This document shows positions 9,201 to 17,293 of a stretch of 26,327 nucleotides of DNA, piece by piece. Made by a program: the position numbers and the translations under genes. The notes under the pieces are model-generated. The model did not search any database. It had not been told where the DNA came from and worked only from the letters and a program-made list of their open reading frames with translations. The stretch comes from Cyanophyceae cyanobacterium (GTDB lineage Bacteria; Cyanobacteriota; Cyanobacteriia; Cyanobacteriales; Laspinemataceae). The stretch lies in NCBI GenBank assembly GCA_038321985.1, contig JBBQFN010000051.1:1-26327 (forward strand), read 5' to 3'. Numbering within the stretch: the stretch's first letter is position 1; every line of letters starts with the position of its first letter.

Positions 9201-12038
9201 ACCTTATTTACCCTATTGCTGACGGCATTTAAAACCTTGCTCTACCGCTATACCCGCCAGGAGGATATCTGTGTGGGGACCGTGACAGCAGGTCGCGATC
9301 GCCCCGAAATTGAGAAGATGATGGGGTATTTTATCAACACCCTCGTCCTGCGAACCAACCTCTCAGATAATCCCACCTTTCGGGAACTGCTCCCTCGGGT
9401 TGAGACGGTTTGCCTCGATGCTTACGCCCATCAAGATGTACCCTTTTCATCTTTGGTGAGCCAATTACAGCCGGAACGGGTGGCAGGTCAAAATCCCTTA
9501 GTTCAAGTCATGTTTGTCTTACAACCTCCAATGCCTGGGAATGAGCTAGGGTGGACGATTAACCAACTCGATGTTGATCCCAAGACGGCAAAACTGGATT
9601 TGTCGGTTCATCTGGAAGAACGAGACGACCGAGTTTTTGGGTATTGGGAATATAATACAGACTTGTTTGATGGGGAAACCATTGCCCGGACAGTCGGGCA
9701 TTTTCAGACCTTACTTGAAGAGATTGTTGCTCATCCAGAACAGCGGATCGCTGAATTATCTTTCATTACACCCCAAGAACGAGAGCAGCTTCTGCTTTGG
9801 AATCACACCCAGAGTGATTATCCTCGGGAAACCTGTATTCAGGAGCTATTCGAGGCGCAAGTCCAAGCGCGTCCTGATGCAGTGGCGGTGGGATTTGAGG
9901 GCCAACAACTCACTTACCGAGAACTCAACCAACGGGCCAATCAACTTGCGCATTACTTACAAACCCGAGGTGTAGGGCCGGAAGTGCTGGTGGGGATTTG
10001 TGTTCCCCGTTCTTTAGAAATGGTGGTGGGACTCCTGGGGATTTTGAAAGCAGGGGGGGCTTACTTACCGTTAGATCCGGAGTATCCCCCGGACCGTTTG
10101 GCCTTCATGTTAAACGATTCGAGGGTGAAGGTGTTGTTGACTCAGGAGGAGTTGGTTAGTCTTCTCTCCCAACACTCTGGAGAGTTAATCTGTCTTGATC
10201 GCGATTGGGGAGAGATTGCCCAACAAAGTCGGGAAAATCCGGGGGTGCGGATGAGGTCCGATAATTTGGCTTATGTGATTTATACTTCCGGTTCCACAGG
10301 TCAACCCAAGGGGGTGATGTTGGCACACCAAGGGTTATGCAACTTGGCTCAAGCCCAACTCCAGCTATTTGACCTATCCCCAGATAGTCATGTTCTGCAA
10401 TTTGCCTCGATTAGCTTTGATGCTTCGGTGTGGGAAATGATCATGGCTTGGGGCTCCGGTGCCACTCTGTATTTAATCCCGAAAGCCTGTCTGCTTTCCG
10501 GTTCGGCGTTAGTCGAGCAAATCCGTCGCCACCAAATTACTACGGTAACTTTACCGCCCTCCATTTTGGCAATGCTGCCCCAGGAACAGGTGAAGACGTT
10601 GCAAACCATTATTGTGGCGGGAGAAGCTTGTTCTCCAGATCTAGTCTCTCAATGGGGGAGGGGACGACGATTTTTTAATGCTTACGGACCGACGGAATCA
10701 ACGGTTTGTGCGACGGTGGCTGAAGCGGTGCAGAATAATCAATCTCCCCCGATTGGACGGGCGATCGCCAATACCCAGGTGTATATTCTGGATGCCCAGA
10801 TGCAATTGTTGCCGATTGGGGTTCCGGGAGAACTGTATATTGGCGGGGATGGACTGGCCCGGGGTTATCTGAACCAACCGGATTTGACCCGCGATCGCTT
10901 CGTGGCAAACCCGTTTAGCGAGCAACCGGAGAGCCGTTTGTATAAAACCGGGGACCTGGCTCGGTATTTGCCCGATGGGAATTTGGAATTCCTCGGACGC
11001 ATTGACCATCAGGTGAAAATTCGGGGACTGCGGATTGAACTCGGAGAAATTGAAGCGGTCCTGACGCGACATCCGGATGTGCAAGCCGCAACGGTGATCG
11101 TTCGTGAGGATGTCCCCCAGGATCAGCGGTTGATTGCTTATATTGTCTCACGCTCCATGCCCGATCGCGTGCCGTACCGGGGGAATTGTTGGGTGGAGTT
11201 ACCGGGCGATCGCCCGGTTCAAGTCCAGAGTACAAATCTCTCCCGCAGTGGGATGGGGATACTTGGACTCTCTCCTTGTCAACCGGGTACTTTGGTTCGG
11301 CTCCGTTTCGGTCCGGCGAACCCCTTGGAAAGTGAGTGGGTGACTGGACAGGTGGCTTGGGCTGAGGGCTTGGAGGCGGGAATTAATTTCAATCTCACAC
11401 AGCCTGAGCAGCAACGCCTTGAGCAGCTATTTGAGTCGTTGCTGGACCAGCAGGGATTCTTCACCGTGCTTCACCGGACTCATGCAGGGAGTCTGCGGCG
11501 CTATCTCTTGGACCATCTCCCTGCTTATATGGTGCCTTCGAGTTTCCTTTTCCTGAAGGCACTCCCCCTCACTTTGAATGGTAAAGTCAACTGGAAGGCG
11601 CTCCCTAAACCGGAAGCGGGTCATCGGAATTCTGAAGCTCGGTATCTGCCGCCAAAAAGTGAGATGGAGCAGGCGATCGCCTCTATTTGGCAAGGCGTAC
11701 TGCAATTAGAACAAGTGGGAATACAGGATAACTTTTTTGACCTTGGGGGACATTCCTTGAGTATGGCACAGGTTCATAGCCAATTGCTTGAACTGCTTGA
11801 TGCCGAGATCTCCTTACTAGAACTGTTTCAATATCCGACGATCGCCACTTTGTCAGAACGGTTGCTCCATCTGCGTTCCTCAGTTGATCCCCAGTCAACC
11901 CCCACTCATGAATCGGAGGGGTTCGGACCCCGGGGCGATCGCCGCCTGGATAGCTCCCTTTCCCGCGCTCATCAGCAAAAAGAAGCTCTCTCTCGCCAAA
12001 AACAATCCAGACAGACCCGGAGACATCATAATGGATAA
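6270..12038 (+). CDS. Bimodular NRPS: A(Cys-type, PilZ-like insert)-PCP-C-A(Phe-type, PilZ-like insert)-PCP
   Basis: Two A domains (YTSGSTGQPKG, TGDL, GRxDHQVKIRG, LPxYMVP, NGKV), two PCPs (LGGHSL), and one C domain (SFSQAQLWFL, RHESFRT, HHIIIDA, QYADFAVWQR). Hand-read codes are DLYNLSLIWK (Cys) and DAWTIAAVCK (Phe). Alternative start ATG at 6309. Confidence 0.95.
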   Translation: MGKELITRAGEQNMSQQRTSGCIHQQFEMQVEATPEAQAIICAGASLTYETLNQRANQLADYLKSLGVGPEMLVSICLDRSIEMGVGLLGILKAGAAYVPLDPAYPPDRLAFMLEHSQAGFLLTHSQLRNKLPDHQAQVICLDQEWAKIATFSDQNPVTPVRPDHLAYVLYTSGSTGQPKGVAVEHGAVLNTLVDINDRFKIGPGDRVLAVCSICFDLSVYDLFGLLIAGGTVVIPNSSPTPDPEYWAEVMVQEQITVWNSAPALMQMVIETSTSESHTLPASLRVVLLSGDWIPLSLPDRIKALVSGVQVIGLWGATEASIWSILYPIETIDPSWKSIPCGRGMSNQTYYILDEGLEPCLEGVPGQLYVGGVGLARGYWQDEAKTQSRFITHPRTGERLYCTGDLGSYRRDGMIEFLGRMDHQVKIRGFRIELGEIEAVLNQHPDIRQAVVIDREDVAGSKRLVAYIISTIMPDRLPYLSEALAEDANQQQVSIQTEDLSKGGMAVVGVPQNWRSQQWIRLWLRLPGCSEPCWLSGQIAWCRGNKAGVQFKLNPDEAAIVATSFNHLLEAAGFYTVWQRTMSGNLRRFLGEKLPEYMVPSSFLFLDHFPLTPNGKVNRKALPQPKRNAWIVQEDSNTPSTPTEQILAQIWAEVLSVEQVGVHDNFLELGGHSLLATQIVSRVREAFQRNLPLRSLFKAPTVAELAKQLDSLRQEEVGWQSEAIAPVPRDRLLPASFSQAQLWFLHQWQPQSAMYNEPFTVYLSGPIDLEALERSFQEIIRRHESFRTTFQAVDGQPVQVIHPALNLPLSVIHLQELSEEKREAKAIQIATEQAREPFDLSKGPLLRATLIQLGETDWRLFLTLHHIIIDAVSLYEVFLPELAALYPAFSRGKPSPLTELRLQYADFAVWQRAALQGDNLEGQMAYWKQQLADLPTLQLPTDRPHCGTATFEGAKQYLMLSPPLTEALKALSLKEGVTLFTLLLTAFKTLLYRYTRQEDICVGTVTAGRDRPEIEKMMGYFINTLVLRTNLSDNPTFRELLPRVETVCLDAYAHQDVPFSSLVSQLQPERVAGQNPLVQVMFVLQPPMPGNELGWTINQLDVDPKTAKLDLSVHLEERDDRVFGYWEYNTDLFDGETIARTVGHFQTLLEEIVAHPEQRIAELSFITPQEREQLLLWNHTQSDYPRETCIQELFEAQVQARPDAVAVGFEGQQLTYRELNQRANQLAHYLQTRGVGPEVLVGICVPRSLEMVVGLLGILKAGGAYLPLDPEYPPDRLAFMLNDSRVKVLLTQEELVSLLSQHSGELICLDRDWGEIAQQSRENPGVRMRSDNLAYVIYTSGSTGQPKGVMLAHQGLCNLAQAQLQLFDLSPDSHVLQFASISFDASVWEMIMAWGSGATLYLIPKACLLSGSALVEQIRRHQITTVTLPPSILAMLPQEQVKTLQTIIVAGEACSPDLVSQWGRGRRFFNAYGPTESTVCATVAEAVQNNQSPPIGRAIANTQVYILDAQMQLLPIGVPGELYIGGDGLARGYLNQPDLTRDRFVANPFSEQPESRLYKTGDLARYLPDGNLEFLGRIDHQVKIRGLRIELGEIEAVLTRHPDVQAATVIVREDVPQDQRLIAYIVSRSMPDRVPYRGNCWVELPGDRPVQVQSTNLSRSGMGILGLSPCQPGTLVRLRFGPANPLESEWVTGQVAWAEGLEAGINFNLTQPEQQRLEQLFESLLDQQGFFTVLHRTHAGSLRRYLLDHLPAYMVPSSFLFLKALPLTLNGKVNWKALPKPEAGHRNSEARYLPPKSEMEQAIASIWQGVLQLEQVGIQDNFFDLGGHSLSMAQVHSQLLELLDAEISLLELFQYPTIATLSERLLHLRSSVDPQSTPTHESEGFGPRGDRRLDSSLSRAHQQKEALSRQKQSRQTRRHHNG
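7677..8021 (+). other. PilZ-like domain inserted in adenylation domain 1 (between A8 and A9)
   Basis: Lies between RLVAYII and LRRFLGEKLPEYMVP: MPDRLPY...TEDLSKGGMAV...IRLWLRLP...LSGQIAW...AGVQF plus a trailing helix. Matches the PilZ beta-barrel pattern R-x-P...[D/N]xSxxG...G-x-[VI]-x-W...G-x-x-F. Confidence 0.8.
11148..11492 (+). other. PilZ-like domain inserted in adenylation domain 2 (between A8 and A9)
   Basis: Lies between RLIAYIV and LRRYLLDHLPAYMVP: RSMPDRVPY...STNLSRSGMGI...GTLVRLRF...VTGQVAW...AGINF plus a helix. Clearly homologous to insert 1. Confidence 0.8.
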
Positions 12039-15000
12039 TCAGCAGAATTTAGACTCTAGTCTACCCAGCATTGCCATTATTGGGATGGCAGGTCGCTTTC
12101 CCGGTGCCAAAACCTTGGACGAGTTTTGGGACAACTTGCGAAATGGCGTGGAATCGATTTCGGTCTTTTCTGAGGAAGAATTACTCGCTTCCTCCCTTGC
12201 TCCTGAACAAATCCAGCATCCGAACTATGTCAAAGCCAAGGGAATTCTCGACGATGTGGAATGGTTTGATGCCTCTTTCTTTGGCTTAACCCCCAAAGAC
12301 GCAGAAATCACCGATCCTCAGCATCGATTTTTCCTAGAATCTGCTTGGGAAGCCTTAGAACATTCAGGGTATAATCCGGAAATTTATCCCGGTCTGATCG
12401 GCGTGTATGCCGGGTCTGGTGGGGGGTTGAATTCTTATTTATTAAAGAATTTATACTTAAATCCTGAGGTTCAAACCCGCACCACTGAGTATCAACTCTC
12501 CATCGCCACTGACAAAGACTTTTTGCCCTCCAAACTGTCTTACAAACTGAAGCTAACTGGTCCGAGCGTGGCGGTTCAAACCGCTTGTTCAACCTCCTTG
12601 GTGGCGGTAAACATGGCTTGCCAAAGCTTACTGACCTATCAATGTGATATGGCGTTGGCCGGGGGCGTGGCAATGACCTTTCCCCAAAAAGCCGGGTATT
12701 TGTATCAACCGGGGATGATTCTCTCTCCCGATGGACATTGCCGAGCATTTGATGCGGATGCCAAAGGAACGGTGAGTGGCAATGGCTTGGGGATTGTGGT
12801 TCTGAAGCGACTCCAAGAGGCGATCGCCGATGGGGATTTCATTCATGCGGTGATTCGAGGGTCAGCCATTAATAATGATGGCGGGTTAAAAGTGGGTTAT
12901 ACAGCCCCCAGTATCCCAGGTCAGGCCGAGGCGATCGCCCAGGCTCAAGCCATAGCAGAAGTAGACCCCGAAACGATTACCTATATCGAAGCGCATGGCA
13001 CCGGTACTCCCTTGGGCGATCCGATTGAAATCGCCGCCCTAACGGAAGTCTTCTCCCGGTACACGGATAAAACGGGCTTTTGTGCGATCGGGTCCGTGAA
13101 AACCAATATCGGACATTTAGATACCGCTGCCGGGATTGCCGGTTTAATTAAAACCGTTCTCGCCCTCAAACATCAACAGATTCCTCCCTCCCTGCACTTC
13201 CAGCAACCGAATCCCCAACTTAACTTGGAAACCAGTCCTTTTTACGTTAATGCCACCCTCACGGACTGGAAAACCAATGGCACCACCCCGCGTCGCGCTG
13301 GGGTGAGTTCCTTCGGGATTGGGGGGACGAATGCTCATGTGATTCTGGAAGAAGCTCCAGTCAGAACCCGGCAGAACTCGATTTTAGCACTTGTAGTGCC
13401 AACGCCTCACTTACTGCTACTATCTGCCAAAACCCTATCCGCGTTGGAACAGGCAACGGCTAATCTGGCTGCCCATTTACGCGCCCATCCCCAGGTAAAT
13501 TTAGCAGATGTGGCCTATACCCTGGCGGTGGGACGGAAGGCGTTTCCCTATCGACGCAGGGTGGTGGCAGCAACCGTGGAGGAGGCGATCGCCCGGTTGG
13601 AAGCGGTGGATTCCCAACCCGTCATCACTCCAGTCTCGGACAGTGGCGATCGCCCGGTGGCATTCATGTTTTCCGGACAAGGTACTCAGTATATTCAGAT
13701 GGCCCAGGAACTCTACGCTACTCAACCCCGGTTCCAAGCGGAAATAGACCGCTGTTGCCAACTGCTCCAACCCTTGATGGGCCTAGATTTACGAGAAATT
13801 CTCTACCCCCTAGATGCCGCAGTTGGCGAGGCGACGGCGCAATTAAAGCAAACCGCAATCACTCAACCGGCCCTGTTTACCATTGAATACGCCTTAGCCC
13901 AATTATGGATCTCCTGGAATATTCAACCCGTTGCGGCGATCGGACATAGTATCGGAGAATATGTCGCCGCCTGTATTGCCGGGGTCTTTTCCCTGGAAGA
14001 TGCCTTATCCCTGGTGGCGAAACGGGGCAAATTGATGCAACAAATGCCTCCGGGCGCGATGGTAGCTGTTCCCCTCACCGAAGCCGAACTTCAACCGTTC
14101 CTCAACCCTGAATTATCCCTGGCCCTGATCAATGGACCGGGGAATTGTGTCATTTCTGGTCCTGTTGAGGCGATCCACCGCTTGCAACAGCAACTGAGCG
14201 ATCGCGCAATAGAATGTCGCACCCTGCATACCTCTCACGCATTCCATTCCTCAATGATGGACCCGATGTTGCCCGCCTTCACCGCTGCGGTACAACAGGT
14301 AACCCTAAATCCCCCGCAACTTCCCTACATTTCTAATATAACCGGCACTTGGATCACCCCCGAGCAAGCAACGAATCCTGACTATTGGGCGCAACATCTG
14401 CGACAAACCGTGCGCTTTGCTGAAGGATTGACAACCCTGTTTAAACAATCCGATTGGAGTCTGTTAGAAATCGGTCCCGGACGCAGTTTAACCACCTTGG
14501 CGAAACGGCATCCCGCTAAAGGCAAGGATGCTGTGATTCTCTCGTCTGTGCGTCACCCCCAAGATGAACAATCGGACCTCAACCTGTTATTCACGGGATT
14601 AGGTGAGTTGTGGAAGGCTGGAGTTGCCGTGGACTGGGAGCAATTTTATGCGGGACAACAGCGCGATCGCCTCCCCTTACCCACCTATCCTTTTGAGCGC
14701 AAACGCTATTGGATTGAAGCCCCAAACAAGCCCTCAACTCACATTTCCACCGCTTCTCCCGCTTTGACCCCGGCTATTTGGAATGAGATGGTTCAGGCGG
14801 CTGAGAGTCTCTCTCAACAAGGTCTTTCTGAGTTTGAACACCCCAGTTATTTACACAAACAAGAGCAGTTGGACGCGTTATGTCGGGCTTATATTCAGCG
14901 GACACTGGATCAACTGGGGGCATTTCAGGATCCAACGGAGGGCTATACCCTGTCCCATTTCCTAGAGAAATTTGAGATTCTGCCCCAATATCAACAGTTA

Positions 15001-17031
15001 TTGGCGCGATGTCTCAATGCTTTAGTGGATCAGGGTCAGTTACAACTACAGGGAGAGCAGTTTACCCAGTTGGTTCCCTATTCCCCTGAGTCGTTTCAGG
15101 CACTCCTGGCACAAGTCCGCGATTTATGGGTGGATACTCCCGATTACTTACAATTGGTAGAATCCTGTGGCAGTCGCTATGCAGCCATTCTCACCGGGAC
15201 CGCAGACCCTTTAAACCTGCTGTTTACGGGACCGAACTTTGAGGCGTTACAGCGGGTTTACCAAAACTCCCCCGAGTGCTATTACTATGTAGGAATCATG
15301 GCCGCTACTCTCCAAGCCTTGGTCAAATCCTGGCCGAGCGATCGCCCCCTGAGAATCCTGGAAGTTGGCGGGGGAACAGGTTCAGCCACAATGTACTTAC
15401 TCAAAGAACTCCCAGAAGACCGCACAAGTTACAGGTTTACCGATGTCGGTTTGTTGTTTGTTAAACAAGCACAACAGAAATTTAAGGACTATCCGTTTGT
15501 CGAGTATCAAGTCTTAGATCTCGACCAGGACCCGACTACCCAGGGATTTACTCCCGGGAGTTTTGATCTGATTATTGCCTCTCAAGTGATCCATGCCACC
15601 CGTCACCTTAGCCAAACCTTAGAACGGGTCCGAACCTTGTTAGCACCTGGGGGCTTTTTGATGATGTGGGAGGGAACCAATCCTCGGGACTTATCGTTTG
15701 ATGTTGCCTTCCCTTTACTCCAACTGATTGAGGAAGAGGAATTGCGATCGCTCTATGCGTTTTTATCCGTGGATCAGTGGCAGCAGGCCCTCACCAAACA
15801 TGGATTTATCCAGGCGACTGCTGCACCCAACAGCCGATCAGTATCAGAACATATTATCGTGGCCCAAACCGCCGGATCCTCTCCGTTGCCTCAAGTTTCT
15901 CCCCATACTGGGTCGCTTCCAACTCCCCCAGATTCCCCACCTGATGCGGGTCATCCTGTGCTGCTGCCGCGCAATTCCTTGGAAGAGGCGATCTCCTCGG
16001 TTTGGCAACAGTATTTAGGCATTGCATCCATCAATATCCATGATGATTTCTTTGAATTGGGGGGAGATTCCCTCGTTGCAGTGCAGATCGTGAGCCAACT
16101 CCGGGAACGTTTCCACACTGAGTTACCAAACCATACCTTGCTAGAGGCTCCAACCATCGCTGAGTTAGCCGATTTTATGGCGAAACTTTCCCCGACTCCG
16201 TTGGCGCATCAATCCTCCCTTCCCTCTTGCCTGGTGAACATTCAATCCGGCGGGGGGACCCGACCCTTGTTCTTAATTCATCCGGCAGGGGGTCATGTTT
16301 ATCTCTATCGGGATTTAGTTCGTCAACTGGATGAGAACCTGTCCGTTTATGGACTCCAAGCGCGGGGTCTGGATGGAAAAATGGCTCCTTTAGATGAGAT
16401 TGGCGCAATGGCTGAATATTATCTTGATGCTTTGCGTCAGGTGCAGCCGGAGGGTCCCTATCGACTCGGGGGGGCTTCCTTCGGTGGCATCGTGGCGTTT
16501 GAAATGGCTCAACAACTCCAAGGGTTGGGGGAAACCGTGGAGTTGCTGACAATTTTCGATTGCGCCGGTCCCGAACAATTACCCGTAGGATTTGAAGAGG
16601 ATGAGGTGCAAATTCTCAGTTATCTTCTAGGTGGGGGTGGCAATCGGTCTATCTCCTGCGATCGCCTGCGTCAGCTTGAACCCGAGGACCGATTACGTTA
16701 TTTCCTCGCTCAAGGGCGGGACTCTATCCAGTTGCCTTCGGACTTTGGTTTGGATGAACTTCCGCACTATGTGGAAATGTTTAAGCGGAATGTGCGGGCG
16801 ATGCGACGCTATCAACTGCAACCCTACCCCGGACGAATTGTCTTTTTCCACGCCAGCGATCGCGATTCGATTACTCCGGCACATCCGGAACAGGCTTGGT
16901 TGGATTTAGCCGCCCGTGGGGTGGAAATTCACGAGGTTCCTGGTAATCACATTACAATGAATTTTTCTCCCCATGTCAAGGCGATCGCCGACAAACTGAC
17001 GATCGCCCTCCAGGATGCCCGGTCTCTCTAG
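12031..17031 (+). CDS. Type I PKS terminal module KS-AT-MT-ACP-TE (hybrid-type KS, malonyl-specific AT)
   Basis: Likely start is ATG 12031 (GGAG 8 nt upstream, 8-nt overlap ATGGATAA with the NRPS stop) rather than TTG 11884. KS has TDKD, VQTACSTS, EAHGTGT, GHLD. AT has GHSIG and HAFH. MT has LEVGGGTG and VIHAT. ACP has GGDSL. TE has GASFG and GNH. No KR, DH or ER motifs seen. Confidence 0.95.
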   Translation: MDNQQNLDSSLPSIAIIGMAGRFPGAKTLDEFWDNLRNGVESISVFSEEELLASSLAPEQIQHPNYVKAKGILDDVEWFDASFFGLTPKDAEITDPQHRFFLESAWEALEHSGYNPEIYPGLIGVYAGSGGGLNSYLLKNLYLNPEVQTRTTEYQLSIATDKDFLPSKLSYKLKLTGPSVAVQTACSTSLVAVNMACQSLLTYQCDMALAGGVAMTFPQKAGYLYQPGMILSPDGHCRAFDADAKGTVSGNGLGIVVLKRLQEAIADGDFIHAVIRGSAINNDGGLKVGYTAPSIPGQAEAIAQAQAIAEVDPETITYIEAHGTGTPLGDPIEIAALTEVFSRYTDKTGFCAIGSVKTNIGHLDTAAGIAGLIKTVLALKHQQIPPSLHFQQPNPQLNLETSPFYVNATLTDWKTNGTTPRRAGVSSFGIGGTNAHVILEEAPVRTRQNSILALVVPTPHLLLLSAKTLSALEQATANLAAHLRAHPQVNLADVAYTLAVGRKAFPYRRRVVAATVEEAIARLEAVDSQPVITPVSDSGDRPVAFMFSGQGTQYIQMAQELYATQPRFQAEIDRCCQLLQPLMGLDLREILYPLDAAVGEATAQLKQTAITQPALFTIEYALAQLWISWNIQPVAAIGHSIGEYVAACIAGVFSLEDALSLVAKRGKLMQQMPPGAMVAVPLTEAELQPFLNPELSLALINGPGNCVISGPVEAIHRLQQQLSDRAIECRTLHTSHAFHSSMMDPMLPAFTAAVQQVTLNPPQLPYISNITGTWITPEQATNPDYWAQHLRQTVRFAEGLTTLFKQSDWSLLEIGPGRSLTTLAKRHPAKGKDAVILSSVRHPQDEQSDLNLLFTGLGELWKAGVAVDWEQFYAGQQRDRLPLPTYPFERKRYWIEAPNKPSTHISTASPALTPAIWNEMVQAAESLSQQGLSEFEHPSYLHKQEQLDALCRAYIQRTLDQLGAFQDPTEGYTLSHFLEKFEILPQYQQLLARCLNALVDQGQLQLQGEQFTQLVPYSPESFQALLAQVRDLWVDTPDYLQLVESCGSRYAAILTGTADPLNLLFTGPNFEALQRVYQNSPECYYYVGIMAATLQALVKSWPSDRPLRILEVGGGTGSATMYLLKELPEDRTSYRFTDVGLLFVKQAQQKFKDYPFVEYQVLDLDQDPTTQGFTPGSFDLIIASQVIHATRHLSQTLERVRTLLAPGGFLMMWEGTNPRDLSFDVAFPLLQLIEEEELRSLYAFLSVDQWQQALTKHGFIQATAAPNSRSVSEHIIVAQTAGSSPLPQVSPHTGSLPTPPDSPPDAGHPVLLPRNSLEEAISSVWQQYLGIASINIHDDFFELGGDSLVAVQIVSQLRERFHTELPNHTLLEAPTIAELADFMAKLSPTPLAHQSSLPSCLVNIQSGGGTRPLFLIHPAGGHVYLYRDLVRQLDENLSVYGLQARGLDGKMAPLDEIGAMAEYYLDALRQVQPEGPYRLGGASFGGIVAFEMAQQLQGLGETVELLTIFDCAGPEQLPVGFEEDEVQILSYLLGGGGNRSISCDRLRQLEPEDRLRYFLAQGRDSIQLPSDFGLDELPHYVEMFKRNVRAMRRYQLQPYPGRIVFFHASDRDSITPAHPEQAWLDLAARGVEIHEVPGNHITMNFSPHVKAIADKLTIALQDARSL

Positions 17032-17076
17032 GGGGTCCCGATACTTGGCCCCTTACCCCAGATAGGGGGGCGGGTT

Positions 17077-17142
17077 AGAAACCGGGTTTCTGCACAGATT
17101 TGTTGCTCAGGGGTAGAAATTTTAGGCAGAAATCCCGTTTCT
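17077..17142. repeat. Short dispersed repeat bounded by AGAAACCGGGTTTCT-type palindromes (copy 1)
   Basis: agaaaccgggtttct (17077-17091) and degenerate agaaatcccgtttct (17128-17142), starts 51 nt apart. A similar unit occurs at 25219-25285. Confidence 0.65.
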
Positions 17143-17293
17143 TATCCCTCTCCAGTCTTCCCAATAGGTCCCTTCAAAGGCGGTCATGGCGATGCCTGAT
17201 CCGGTGGCGGGAAAATTGACCTATTCTAATGCTTCATATTTCTTAATTTTTTTTAGAATAAGAATAAAGTCAAGCTAACCGTCCCCGATCTTT

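Noticed and set aside
11884..12030. 49-aa N-terminal extension of the PKS from TTG 11884
   Set aside because: It would overlap the NRPS by 155 nt. ATG 12031 has a GGAG RBS, a typical short overlap and sits just before the KS start.
460..16909. Numerous short alternative-frame and antisense ORFs within the kinase, NRPS and PKS genes
   Set aside because: Shadow ORFs overlapping long motif-rich CDSs, with no recognisable domains.
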